64,000 nucleotides of DNA from Rhodospirillaceae bacterium (GTDB taxonomy: Bacteria > Pseudomonadota > Alphaproteobacteria > GCA-2731375): the NCBI GenBank assembly GCA_018660265.1, contig JABJKS010000084.1, forward strand, positions 14,036-78,035, given 5' to 3'. Below are positions 21,207-30,427 of the stretch, one piece after another (within the stretch, counting starts at the first letter, position 1; each line of letters opens with the position of its first letter). The notes under the pieces are model-generated. The model was not told the origin of the DNA. It did no database searches and was given only the letters and a program-made list of their open reading frames with translations. The position numbers and the translations under genes are program-made.

Positions 21207-21773
21207 TTAGGCCAATGTCAGCTCGTTCTGATCCGTATGCTCGAATGTCTTGCCATAAATATCAAGCATGGTCGTTTCGCGGTATGAAAGCCTGCCGTTG
21301 CCAACAACGATTGTATGGTTGAATGCTGTTGTAGATGCATTTTCCTGCATGAACGGCGATTGGATGATCTTCCACTTCTCATCATCAAGGCTTGCCGCCA
21401 CATTTATGATCGCACGGCCATCCCCATCCGTTTCGCCGCCATAAATCCCACCAGCCAGCACACAAACGGCGCGTGGAATGACCAGTGAATGCATGACGGT
21501 ATGCGTATCATTATCCCACATCCAATAACCCGTCTCATCATGAAACACCGCACCATCGGATTTACGGCGGACAATCTGGCGATAATGAATGGCAGCAAGG
21601 TTTTGACTTTCTGCATTCGTCACACCGCCCACGGCAGAATAGGTAATGGTTTCAGCATAGGGATTGGTCTCCTCGCCATCAGGTTCAGGTGCAATATCAA
21701 CACCTTCCCCACCACTCCACTCACCAACCAGGGCCGTCAACGGCCCGAAATCCACATCGCTTGCTTCGCTCAT
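21207..21773 (-). CDS. Heme-binding beta-barrel (nitrobindin/DUF1794-like) protein
   Basis: Sequence pattern L.GEW.G.G and length (~188 aa) are typical of the nitrobindin/THAP4-like family. This is a weak, pattern-only call. Confidence 0.45.
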   Translation of the reverse strand: MSEASDVDFGPLTALVGEWSGGEGVDIAPEPDGEETNPYAETITYSAVGGVTNAESQNLAAIHYRQIVRRKSDGAVFHDETGYWMWDNDTHTVMHSLVIPRAVCVLAGGIYGGETDGDGRAIINVAASLDDEKWKIIQSPFMQENASTTAFNHTIVVGNGRLSYRETTMLDIYGKTFEHTDQNELTLA

Positions 21774-21895
21774 TTGGGCCTCGCATATACGCGCACTGGA
21801 AAAGGACGCTCAATTTGAGTGTAGTCTAGCTGCCCGGCATAAAACATAGCGAAAGTATGTTGCGTCGCCAGCCTGCTCAGCCTATCTAACCGGCC

Positions 21896-23260
21896 ATGAA
21901 GATAGATGAACCCATCCATGTGATCGGCGGCGGTTTGGCCGGTTCCGAAGCGGCCTGGCAAATTGCCCGGGCCGGTGTTCCCGTTGTCCTGCACGAGATG
22001 CGTCCCGAACGCATGACCGAGGCGCATCAGGGCGAAGGACTGGCCGAATTGGTCTGCTCCAACTCCTTCCGTTCTGACGACGTCACGGCCAGTGCAGTTG
22101 GTCTGTTGCACGAGGAAATGCGCCGTTGCGACAGCCTGATCCTGGCTGCGGCAGACGCCAACAAAGTGCCCGCCGGTGGTGCCCTGGCCATGGACCGGGA
22201 GGCGTTTTCCGACCATGTCGGTGCCACATTGGCGGCAGAACCCTTGGTGGAGCTGTCGCGCGGTGAGGTTGCCGGCCTGCCGCCAGAGGATTGGGATAGT
22301 GTCATTATCGCGACCGGCCCCCTGACATCCCCCAGCTTGGCGACCGCCGTGTCTGACCTGACGGGAGCCGATAACCTGGCATTCTTTGATGCCATCGCGC
22401 CCATCATCTATGCGGATTCCGTGGATATGTCGAAAGCCTGGTTCCAATCCCGCTATGACAAACCGGGACCAGGGGGCACGGGCAAGGATTATCTGAACTG
22501 TCCCCTGGATGAAGGCCAATACAACACTTTTATCGAGGCCCTGCGCACAGGCGATGTGACGGAGTTTCATGAATGGGAAAAAGACACCCCCTATTTCGAA
22601 GGCTGCCTGCCCATAGAGGTGATGGCCGAACGGGGCGTGGAAACCCTGCGCTATGGCCCTATGAAGCCCGTCGGTCTGACCAACCCCCATCAACCGGACA
22701 TCAAGGCCTATGGTGTTGTGCAGCTGCGCCAGGATAACAGCGCCGGCACCTTGTACAATCTGGTTGGATTTCAAACCAAATTGAAACACGGGGCCCAGGT
22801 CGAAATCCTGCGCACCATTCCAGGCCTGGAAAATGCGCGCTTTGCCCGCATGGGCGGCATCCATCGCAATACGTTTTTGAACAGCCCCGCCCTGTTGGAT
22901 GAAAGCTGCCGCCTGAGGGCACAGCCCCGGCTGCGCTTTGCCGGTCAAATCACCGGCGTCGAGGGCTACGTGGAAAGTGCCGCGATGGGCCTTTTGACCG
23001 GGCGCTTTGCCGCTGCCGAACGCCTCGGTCTGGGCCCCAACGCGCCGCCGCCCACGACCTCAATGGGAACCTTACTGGGCCATATCACAGGCACCGCGCG
23101 GCACCGGGACCTGAAGGAGGGTAAAAGCATGGATTTTCAGCCCATGAACGCCAATTTCGGGCTGTTTCCCATTTTGCATCCTCCTGTGAAGAAAAAACTG
23201 CGCAAGGCCGCCTATGGGGAACGGGCCCTGGCGGATCTGGACGCCTGGTTAGCCATCTAA
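21896..23260 (+). CDS. trmFO: Methylenetetrahydrofolate--tRNA-(uracil54-C5)-methyltransferase TrmFO
   Basis: N-terminal FAD motif [14 protein letters not shown] followed by [10 protein letters not shown]. 454 aa, conserved throughout. Confidence 0.95.
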   Translation: MKIDEPIHVIGGGLAGSEAAWQIARAGVPVVLHEMRPERMTEAHQGEGLAELVCSNSFRSDDVTASAVGLLHEEMRRCDSLILAAADANKVPAGGALAMDREAFSDHVGATLAAEPLVELSRGEVAGLPPEDWDSVIIATGPLTSPSLATAVSDLTGADNLAFFDAIAPIIYADSVDMSKAWFQSRYDKPGPGGTGKDYLNCPLDEGQYNTFIEALRTGDVTEFHEWEKDTPYFEGCLPIEVMAERGVETLRYGPMKPVGLTNPHQPDIKAYGVVQLRQDNSAGTLYNLVGFQTKLKHGAQVEILRTIPGLENARFARMGGIHRNTFLNSPALLDESCRLRAQPRLRFAGQITGVEGYVESAAMGLLTGRFAAAERLGLGPNAPPPTTSMGTLLGHITGTARHRDLKEGKSMDFQPMNANFGLFPILHPPVKKKLRKAAYGERALADLDAWLAI

Positions 23261-24138
23261 GGTCTTCGCAACAACGACCGCCAGAGCAACAGCAGGGGCC
23301 GGGCCAAGGGGTTTAGCCCAAGGTTGGGCGCATAGGGGTTATAGCCCGCAGCTGCCAAACGGCGCAGATAGGCCCGTGCCAAGGTAGCGTGCAACAGGGG
23401 TGAAATTGCGGCATCCCCGACATTCAAGCCTTGCAATTCATCATGGGCGGCGGCGGCCACTTGTTTCAGACAAGCGGCCACGGCAGCACTTTTGTCGTCG
23501 GCGCGAATGTCCTCAAACACCAGGTTTTGCGCCACCAATAGATCCTGGGGCAGACATAACCGTCCCTGAAAGCCGCGTTCCTGCAACTGATAGGGTATGG
23601 CACGCAACATCCCCGCCAAGGCATAGGCAGTGCCCGCGGCCCTCGCGCCAGCCAACTGTTGCGCCCCCAAAATCTCCGCCGCCAGGGCGGACAGGGCACC
23701 GCCCGTAGCCCTGGCATGGGCCATGACATCGTTGAGCGTGGCGAAGGGCGGACCATTCAAATCCGCCTCCCGCGCCGCCAATAGATTTGATAGTTGCGCG
23801 ACAAATTCCGGATCGCCTGGCAGCAAAGTCAAAACCGGGTGTTTGGCTTGTTCCGTGTTTTCCGCCCCAGGTGCCAGCGCATCGCGCCACCATTGCAGGC
23901 GTATCTGCCCCAACACGGGCTGCGCACCCCCCGCCATTACCCCACGGGCACATTCCAGATTGAAGGTATAAAGTGCGGCCAGGACGGGTCGGACGGGGCG
24001 CGGTGCAAATAACAGGGTCAGATAACGGTCGCGATCCTCGCGCCGTAATTCTTCCAGGCAGTAGGTGAATGCATTTTCCACCCCCCCGCCCTTTTCACCG
24101 ATAGGCTTGGGAAGATTATTGTTCACTGTTGCCCCCAC
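23257..24138 (-). CDS. Squalene/phytoene synthase family protein lacking both Asp-rich motifs (NDUFAF6-like pseudo-enzyme)
   Basis: Family-typical RDRYL, ALYTFN.E.AR and RLQWWRD are present. The two DxxxD/DVGED Mg-binding motifs are replaced (FNLECARGV; [12 protein letters not shown]). Confidence 0.65.
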   Translation of the reverse strand: MGATVNNNLPKPIGEKGGGVENAFTYCLEELRREDRDRYLTLLFAPRPVRPVLAALYTFNLECARGVMAGGAQPVLGQIRLQWWRDALAPGAENTEQAKHPVLTLLPGDPEFVAQLSNLLAAREADLNGPPFATLNDVMAHARATGGALSALAAEILGAQQLAGARAAGTAYALAGMLRAIPYQLQERGFQGRLCLPQDLLVAQNLVFEDIRADDKSAAVAACLKQVAAAAHDELQGLNVGDAAISPLLHATLARAYLRRLAAAGYNPYAPNLGLNPLARPLLLLWRSLLRRP

Positions 24139-24271
24139 CTGCCACTTAATCTATCACTTTTTGTAATAGGTTAATAAAATAGCAACTATAAAATACCAAG
24201 CTCCTATCCGAACCCATGGCCATTGTTTTCACACTGCGCCATCCCTTTGCTGAGAAGTCCATCTATTTGCC

Positions 24272-25609
24272 ATGACCACTTTGGATCAAGCCCCCGTCAC
24301 CCTGGATACAGAGATCGGCCCGCCTGCCGGGCTGGTCGCCCGGCACCGCAAGGCCCCGCCCCCGCCGCATGAAGGGCTGCACTATGGTTGGTGGATTGTA
24401 CTGTCCGCCATGCTGAGCGTGTTCGTCAGCCTGGGCGTAGGCCGCTTTGCCTTGGGTATGCTGTTACCGGCAATGGGTGAAGCGTTGAACTTAAGCTATA
24501 TGCAAATGGGCTGGATCAGTTCCGCCAATTTCGTCGGATACCTTCTGGGTGCCATCTGGGTGCGGCAGCTGTTACCGATGTTTGGCGAGCGGCGGCTCAT
24601 TACCATGGCGCTGCTGACCATTGTCGTCACCATGGTCGGCGTCTCATTGGCGAACGGATTTTTTCCCCTGGTCATCCTTTATACAGGCACCGGCCTGGGC
24701 AGCGGTGTTGCCTTTGTTTGTGCCGTCACCTTAATACCCCATTGGTTTGCCACCGCATATCGGGGCCGGGCCAGCGGCTCCATATCGGTCGGGGCCGGCT
24801 TCGCCGTGATCCTGGCGGGCTGGGCGATCCCTATGGTGAACAGCGGTATGGGGGATATCGGCTGGCGTCTTGGCTGGGGCGGCCTGGCGGCGGTCTGCCT
24901 GCCCCTTGCCCTGTTCTGTCTGGTTATGGTGCGCAACCGGCCCAGCGATATGGGCCTGCAACCCTTTGGCGCGGACCCGGATGACTACCGCACGGGGCAC
25001 AATTTGACAAAACCCATACCGCGCGCCGCTGCCAGGTTCAGAGGTGCCGCATTACGCCGTCTGATCCTGCGCCTTGGTGCTGTGTATTTCCTGTTTGGTG
25101 CCACCTATGTGGTCTATATCACCTTTATTGTCACGACCCTGGTTCATGAACATGGCATGGCCGAGGGTAAAGCCGGATTTTTTTGGATCTGGGTCGGGTT
25201 TTTCTCGCTCTTTTGCGGCCCGGTTCTGGGTGCGCTTTCAGATCGCCTGGGCCGGCGCACCGGCATTATCACCGCCTTTATTCTGCAAGGCTGCGCCTAT
25301 ACGCTGATTTCCTATAGCGGCGGCAATGAAATGGTGATCTACCTCTCGGTCTTTCTGTTTGGCCTCTCTGCCTTTGGCCTGCCGGTCATTATCACCGCCT
25401 CGGTGGCTGATTACCTGACGCCGGAGCGGGCCGTGGGTGCGATCGGTATGTTGACGGTGATTTTCGGCATCGGGCAACTCTTAGGCCCCATCCTGGCCGG
25501 CCTCATGGCCGAATACAGCGGCACCTTCACCCCGGCCTATCTAGGCGCAACATCCCTGGTCGCCCTGGCCATCGCCGTCACCCTGACGTTGCCGGAACCG
25601 GCGAAGTAG
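24272..25609 (+). CDS. MFS transporter (YbfB/YjiJ-like)
   Basis: 12 predicted TM helices with the MFS loop motif between TM2 and TM3. Confidence 0.75.
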   Translation: MTTLDQAPVTLDTEIGPPAGLVARHRKAPPPPHEGLHYGWWIVLSAMLSVFVSLGVGRFALGMLLPAMGEALNLSYMQMGWISSANFVGYLLGAIWVRQLLPMFGERRLITMALLTIVVTMVGVSLANGFFPLVILYTGTGLGSGVAFVCAVTLIPHWFATAYRGRASGSISVGAGFAVILAGWAIPMVNSGMGDIGWRLGWGGLAAVCLPLALFCLVMVRNRPSDMGLQPFGADPDDYRTGHNLTKPIPRAAARFRGAALRRLILRLGAVYFLFGATYVVYITFIVTTLVHEHGMAEGKAGFFWIWVGFFSLFCGPVLGALSDRLGRRTGIITAFILQGCAYTLISYSGGNEMVIYLSVFLFGLSAFGLPVIITASVADYLTPERAVGAIGMLTVIFGIGQLLGPILAGLMAEYSGTFTPAYLGATSLVALAIAVTLTLPEPAK

Positions 25610-25692
25610 GCGCGCCTAGAACGCATTTTTTCAAAATGCGCCCAGACTCTTAAGAATCGGGCGATAGAGACTCAGGTTAATTGAAAATCGCC

Positions 25693-26010
25693 CTAACCTT
25701 CCGCCGGCTCGAGCACGACGCGGGTTACGGGGACGATGTTGCGCATGCGGGCGGCCAGATTGGCGGCGATATTGGGACATAAATCATTGATCGCGATGTG
25801 GATATGCAGATCATCACCATCCGCATGACAAACATGTTTGCAGCTGACCTCCACCGGCAGCAGGCTGCGCTGGGCGAATAATTCCATCACCCGGCTCAAC
25901 GCAGAGGGATCGGCGACGGTCTGGATCTGAAAATAGTGGGATGCGGCCTCTGGAAAGGCAGAGGGATCAGTTTGTTCGGTGGTCTGAGAGGTCTCGGTTC
26001 GGGCGGACAT
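25693..26010 (-). CDS. Hypothetical protein, possibly a small ACT-like regulatory domain
   Basis: 105-aa ORF. The beta-alpha-beta-like segment HYFQIQTVADPSALSRVMELFAQRSLLPV weakly resembles ACT domains. No stronger support. Confidence 0.35.
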   Translation of the reverse strand: MSARTETSQTTEQTDPSAFPEAASHYFQIQTVADPSALSRVMELFAQRSLLPVEVSCKHVCHADGDDLHIHIAINDLCPNIAANLAARMRNIVPVTRVVLEPAEG

Positions 26011-26221
26011 GGCGGGTAAGCTCCTGAGAGGAAATTGCTGTAAGCATCATTGAAATGCGACTTCCGTCCCGGCCATCCGTAATGGCCGAGCGGTTAAGTC
26101 GCTTCATAATGAGCTGCTCTACAAGCAGTTGCTTACCCTGTCCGAACTTGGTCATGGCGCATAATATAAGGTTTTCAGCGCAATTGTCGAGGCCTGCCCA
26201 AAAACCGAGGCCGGTTCCGGG

Positions 26222-27229
26222 CTAATCCCCCTGTAATTCATCCAGAAACGCCACCTTGTCGTCTTGATCCATGTTGGAATAGGACGCTGCCGTGCGATCG
26301 GCGATATGGCTGTAACGGGACTTGATCTGCCGGGCCACTTCACGGGCATCGCCCTGGACGGAAATGGCGTTTAGCGTCTTGTCGTCGATCAACTCTCCCA
26401 TGGCTTCCCAGCGGCCCTGTTTGGACATGGCGTTCAATTCCGGTTGCAGCTCTCCCATCTCGATGGAATCCAGCACCGGTTTGTAGGCGGGGGTGGAGCC
26501 GTAGAAGGCGATTTGCTGGCGCATCTTGGTTTCTTCCGCCGCGATCTCCGTCTCATCCCGGCCGGTCACGGCGAATACGGGATAGGAAATTTCGAAATTT
26601 TCCCGCTTTCTGCCCGATTTGGCAAAACCGCGCTCTATGGCCGGGAGGGTGACATTCTCCAAATAGGCTTGCGTTGTGAAACCATGCACCAACAGACCGT
26701 CCGCGACTTCACCCGCGACTTCCGCCATCATGGGACCCACGGCAGCCAAATAAACTTTCGGCGGGCCGCTTTCGATATTGGTTGGGGTAAAAAACGGCGT
26801 CATCAGGGTATGGGTATAAAACTTGCCCAAAAACTCCAACGGCACACCTTCATGCCAGCAGGCCCAAATGGCGCGCATGGCCAAAATCATCTCCCGCATC
26901 CGAGCCGCCGGCGAGGACCAGGGCATGGAATAGCGCTTGGTGATATGGGGTCGGATTTGCGAGCCCAGGCCCAGATTAAAGCGCCCCTTCGCAGCGGCAT
27001 TCAAATCGTGCCCCACATTGGCGAGGGTCATGGGAGAACGGGCAAAGGCCACGGCGATGCCCGTGGTCAGATCGATTTTCGTGGTGGCCTGAGCGGCCAA
27101 CAACAGAGGCAGGAACGGGTCATGCGCCGTCTCGATTGATTTCAGGCCGTCATAGCCCATTTCCTCCAGCTCCCGCGCCTCGGCACCGGCTTTATCCAAA
27201 TCCGAAGTTATGACTGCATCTACTTTCAT
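26222..27229 (-). CDS. LLM-class (luciferase-like) flavin/F420-dependent oxidoreductase
   Basis: TIM-barrel LLM signatures (RFNLGLGS, the long insertion region); 335 aa. Confidence 0.8.
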   Translation of the reverse strand: MKVDAVITSDLDKAGAEARELEEMGYDGLKSIETAHDPFLPLLLAAQATTKIDLTTGIAVAFARSPMTLANVGHDLNAAAKGRFNLGLGSQIRPHITKRYSMPWSSPAARMREMILAMRAIWACWHEGVPLEFLGKFYTHTLMTPFFTPTNIESGPPKVYLAAVGPMMAEVAGEVADGLLVHGFTTQAYLENVTLPAIERGFAKSGRKRENFEISYPVFAVTGRDETEIAAEETKMRQQIAFYGSTPAYKPVLDSIEMGELQPELNAMSKQGRWEAMGELIDDKTLNAISVQGDAREVARQIKSRYSHIADRTAASYSNMDQDDKVAFLDELQGD

Positions 27230-27744
27230 CGTTCTATTCCTTCATCACTGCAATTTTCTTTTGCCTTGGCCGCGAAAACATAATTCAGATATTCGGCAAA
27301 GACCGCCGGTTTTTCCTGACCGTCAACTTCGATCAAATGTCCGGTTTTGAACAAACGCCGCCCCTCGCCCTTGTCGCTGACATCCAACAAAGAGATCCGA
27401 TCCCGCAGGCGCACGCCCTGCCCGACCACGACAGGGGCCAATATACGCACCTTATCCATGCCGTAGTTCAGGGTATAGGCCGCGCCCTTTGGCCGCACGC
27501 CGGCAATCTCCATGAAGTGGGAGAACAAGCTGATCATGAAAAAACCATGCACCAACGTGCCGCCATAGGCACCTTCGCTCTCCGCCCGCTTCACATCGGA
27601 ATGCAGCCAGGTGGCCCAACGGGTCAATTCGCCGAAACGGTCAACCTGATCCTGATCGATCTCCACCCAATCAGACACCGCCAATTCCTGGCCAACGTAG
27701 GTGTGGGCGTTATCAAAAGTGTAGGAAAATTTGGCGTCTGTCAT
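27226..27744 (-). CDS. MaoC-like (hot-dog fold) dehydratase
   Basis: Hot-dog hydratase motif region (GGTLVHGFFMISL...); 172 aa. It overlaps the LLM gene by 4 nt (translationally coupled). Confidence 0.8.
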   Translation of the reverse strand: MTDAKFSYTFDNAHTYVGQELAVSDWVEIDQDQVDRFGELTRWATWLHSDVKRAESEGAYGGTLVHGFFMISLFSHFMEIAGVRPKGAAYTLNYGMDKVRILAPVVVGQGVRLRDRISLLDVSDKGEGRRLFKTGHLIEVDGQEKPAVFAEYLNYVFAAKAKENCSDEGIER

Positions 27745-29385
27745 TCAGTCTATACCAGCCGCGCGGATTGCGGTCAGCGCATCGGGGGTATCCACATCCA
27801 GGAAAATACTGTCGTCATCCATGGGCACTTCCACCAATACGTCCTCGTGCTGTCCGATCAGGTATTTCGCGCCACTATCGCCGCCAACCTCAGCCATCTC
27901 GGCAAAAAAGCTGGCCGCAAACAATACCGGGTTGCCTCGTTTGCCCTGATAGGTCGGCACGCAAATGGCCCGCCCTTCAACAGGATTAAAGGCCGCGATC
28001 AGACGGTTTATATGGCTTGGCGTAATGCGGGGCATATCCCCCAACAAGACGACGACGCCGTCGATATCCGCGCCTAACCCGGACACACCCCTTTGCAGTG
28101 ATGTGCTTAACCCATCGGCGAAGTCCGGATTGTGCACCGTACCCACACCATAAGCTTTCAGGGCAGAGACCACGCTGTCGGCCTCATGCCCGGTTACGGC
28201 GATGATCTTAGATATTTGCGAGGCCTGGGTCGCCTCCACCACGCGCAACAACATGGCCTTGCCGTCAATTTCCGCCAACAACTTGTTCGCAGCCCCCATG
28301 CGCCGTGACTGGCCCGCGGCTAAAATCAGGGCGGCGATACGCGGCGCGCGCGGTGCAATTTGGGCATTATCGCCGGCCCGTAATTGCGGCCTTGATGGAA
28401 TTTCCTTTAGCAATCCGCCCGCACCCATGGCGGTAATTTCATCCCGCCCCACGGGTCGGTCCGCGACAAGACGTTGGAGCACCCAATCGAAACCGTTCAG
28501 TTTGGGAGATCGGGCACAGCCGGGCAGGCCGATCACCGCCGTATCGCCCTTATGGGCCAGCAGCAACAAATTGCCCGGATCAACCGGCATACCGAAATGA
28601 TCGATCACACCGCCGGCAACTTCAATCCCAGCCGGCACTTCGTCCCGGCGATCCGTGATGGCAGAGTCGCCAAAGATCAAAATGGGGTCCAATCCCTGAT
28701 CCAATTGCGCCTGTACCGCCGCCCCGATGGCGTCTGCGGAATGGGCGCAGCGCTGTTCGTCCTCCAACGCACTGCCCAATCGTTCCAGACGGTCGCGCAG
28801 AACATTCGCGGTTTTATCCAGCACATTCGCCTTGGTGCCCGCCAATGTGGTCATGATCAAACCGGCCCGGCGCGCCCGGTAAGGCGCAACTTCGACCAGC
28901 GCGCCGCCCACCCTGTCATTATCTGAAGCAATGGCAATAGCCTGATCCACGGCGTCCTGTGGTGCGGCGAAAGGAATAATTTTGATGGTGGCCAGCATCT
29001 GGCCCGCCTCTACCGCTTCGTTGGGGGCCAGGGTGGCGATTGTGACAGCTTCATGAATTCGGTTAATTCGGTCGACCCGCGCGGCGTCCAAAACCATGAT
29101 GCCGGGGCCGTCGGCGTAAAGATTGCACCGGCCCGTAAATGCTTCCTGCAGGCGTGCACCGTTGCCCTGGCAGGCCCTGGCGATGGCATTGGCGGCTGTA
29201 TCTTCATCAATATCACCGGCCTCCAGACGGGCGGCGATAACCTCTTCAATACCAGCCTTGGACAAGGCGCGGATATCATCTGCCGACAGACGCCGGCCTT
29301 TTTTCATAGCAACACCGCCCCGACGGATCGAATGGGCCAGAACGGCCCCTTTCGCCACATCCAGAGGTGTCGTCCCGAAAATCAT
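27745..29385 (-). CDS. Fusion protein: N-terminal molybdopterin-binding (MoCF-biosynthesis/CinA-like) domain + C-terminal MobA-like nucleotidyltransferase (MocA-type Mo-cofactor cytidylyltransferase)
   Basis: N-terminal ~330 aa resemble MoeA/CinA MoCF-binding domains. C-terminal AALILAAGQSRRMG...KLL...G..ML marks a MobA/MocA NTP-transferase. Confidence 0.75.
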   Translation of the reverse strand: MIFGTTPLDVAKGAVLAHSIRRGGVAMKKGRRLSADDIRALSKAGIEEVIAARLEAGDIDEDTAANAIARACQGNGARLQEAFTGRCNLYADGPGIMVLDAARVDRINRIHEAVTIATLAPNEAVEAGQMLATIKIIPFAAPQDAVDQAIAIASDNDRVGGALVEVAPYRARRAGLIMTTLAGTKANVLDKTANVLRDRLERLGSALEDEQRCAHSADAIGAAVQAQLDQGLDPILIFGDSAITDRRDEVPAGIEVAGGVIDHFGMPVDPGNLLLLAHKGDTAVIGLPGCARSPKLNGFDWVLQRLVADRPVGRDEITAMGAGGLLKEIPSRPQLRAGDNAQIAPRAPRIAALILAAGQSRRMGAANKLLAEIDGKAMLLRVVEATQASQISKIIAVTGHEADSVVSALKAYGVGTVHNPDFADGLSTSLQRGVSGLGADIDGVVVLLGDMPRITPSHINRLIAAFNPVEGRAICVPTYQGKRGNPVLFAASFFAEMAEVGGDSGAKYLIGQHEDVLVEVPMDDDSIFLDVDTPDALTAIRAAGID

Positions 29386-30125
29386 TCCGCTGCCTGCGCC
29401 TGTTTTGGCCGGCGCAGCGCCTCAGTAATCTCGGCGATGATAGAAACGGCAATTTCAGCCGGAGATTTGCCGCCGATATCCAGGCCGATGGGACCATGGA
29501 TGCGGGCGAAATCTGCTTCTGAAAAACCCTCCATGCCCAGACGTTCCAGGCGCTTGCCGTGGGTCCGGTTAGAACCCAGGCAGCCGATGTAAAACACATC
29601 AGATCGCAGCACCTTGATCAAAGCAGGATCATCCAGCTTTGGATCATGGGTCAGGGTGACAATGGCAGTGCGTCGATCGGGGGCGAATTGGTCTACGCCG
29701 TCATCGGGCCAGGCATCGATCAAGGTGATACCGGGGAACCTGTCGGCGGAAGCGAACTCCCGGCGGGGATCGACAATCGCCACGTCATAGCCGGCCAGCA
29801 TCGCCATTTGCGAAAGCGGCTGGGCGATATGCACCGCACCGACGATCAACATGCGCAGGGGCGGGTTATAGACGTGCAGGAAGACCTTGCGGCCATCAGT
29901 TGTTTCGACGATGCCGCTTTTGTCTGCCAGCATCACCCGGCGGGCGGCAACCAGCAACTCGTCATCGCCGTCAGTTTCACCGGGATAGAGCAATTGGCCC
30001 CGATCCGGCACCTGGCCAGAAGCTAGATCCGTGGCCATGACCACCTGACGCTTGGCCGCGCGGTCCGCCAACAGCTGTTTCAGGATATCGCTCTTCATTC
30101 GACCGGCTCTATAAAGACTTCGCAT
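29382..30125 (-). CDS. XdhC/CoxI family Mo-cofactor insertion protein, C-terminal (Rossmann-like) part
   Basis: XdhC_C-like region (LLIVGAVHIAQPL...MAGYDVAIVDPR). The N-terminal XdhC_CoxI domain is encoded by the separate upstream ORF, overlapping it by 31 nt. Confidence 0.7.
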   Translation of the reverse strand: MRSLYRAGRMKSDILKQLLADRAAKRQVVMATDLASGQVPDRGQLLYPGETDGDDELLVAARRVMLADKSGIVETTDGRKVFLHVYNPPLRMLIVGAVHIAQPLSQMAMLAGYDVAIVDPRREFASADRFPGITLIDAWPDDGVDQFAPDRRTAIVTLTHDPKLDDPALIKVLRSDVFYIGCLGSNRTHGKRLERLGMEGFSEADFARIHGPIGLDIGGKSPAEIAVSIIAEITEALRRPKQAQAAE

Positions 30126-30427
30126 TTACCACCACAGGCCAAGCCGACCTGCCAGGCGGTTTCGTCCGAGATACCATAATCTATCAATCTGGTCTGGCCA
30201 TCCTGAATGGTCTGGCGCGCCTCTGTCACCACGGCACCTTCGATACAACCGCCCGAGACGGAGCCGACAAAATCACCACCCTCTTCGACCACCAGCTGGC
30301 TGCCAACGGGCCGGGGGGACGAGCCCCAGGTCGCGACCACCGTGGCGAGCGCGACGCCACGCCCGGCGGCTTTCCATTCCGCTGCCTTTTCCAGAACTTT
30401 TTCATGCTCCACAATTTGTTCGCTCAC
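30095..30427 (-). CDS. XdhC/CoxI family protein, N-terminal domain only
   Basis: XdhC_CoxI N-domain signature (GRGVALATVVATWGSSPRPVGSQLVV...GSVSGGCIE). Confidence 0.7.
   Translation of the reverse strand: MSEQIVEHEKVLEKAAEWKAAGRGVALATVVATWGSSPRPVGSQLVVEEGGDFVGSVSGGCIEGAVVTEARQTIQDGQTRLIDYGISDETAWQVGLACGGKCEVFIEPVE

Noticed and set aside
21770-22948. 392-aa minus-strand ORF
   Set aside because: It is entirely antisense to the well-supported trmFO gene, Ala/Gly/Arg-rich as expected for the reverse frame of high-GC coding DNA, and has no recognisable motifs.
26080-26110. String taatggccgagcggttaagtcgc resembling the D-arm of a class II tRNA (Ser/Leu/Tyr)
   Set aside because: The 3' half of the D-stem does not pair (gtcgc vs ggcc). 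No 7-bp acceptor stem, anticodon arm or T-arm (GTTCGAATCC-like) can be placed around it on either strand.
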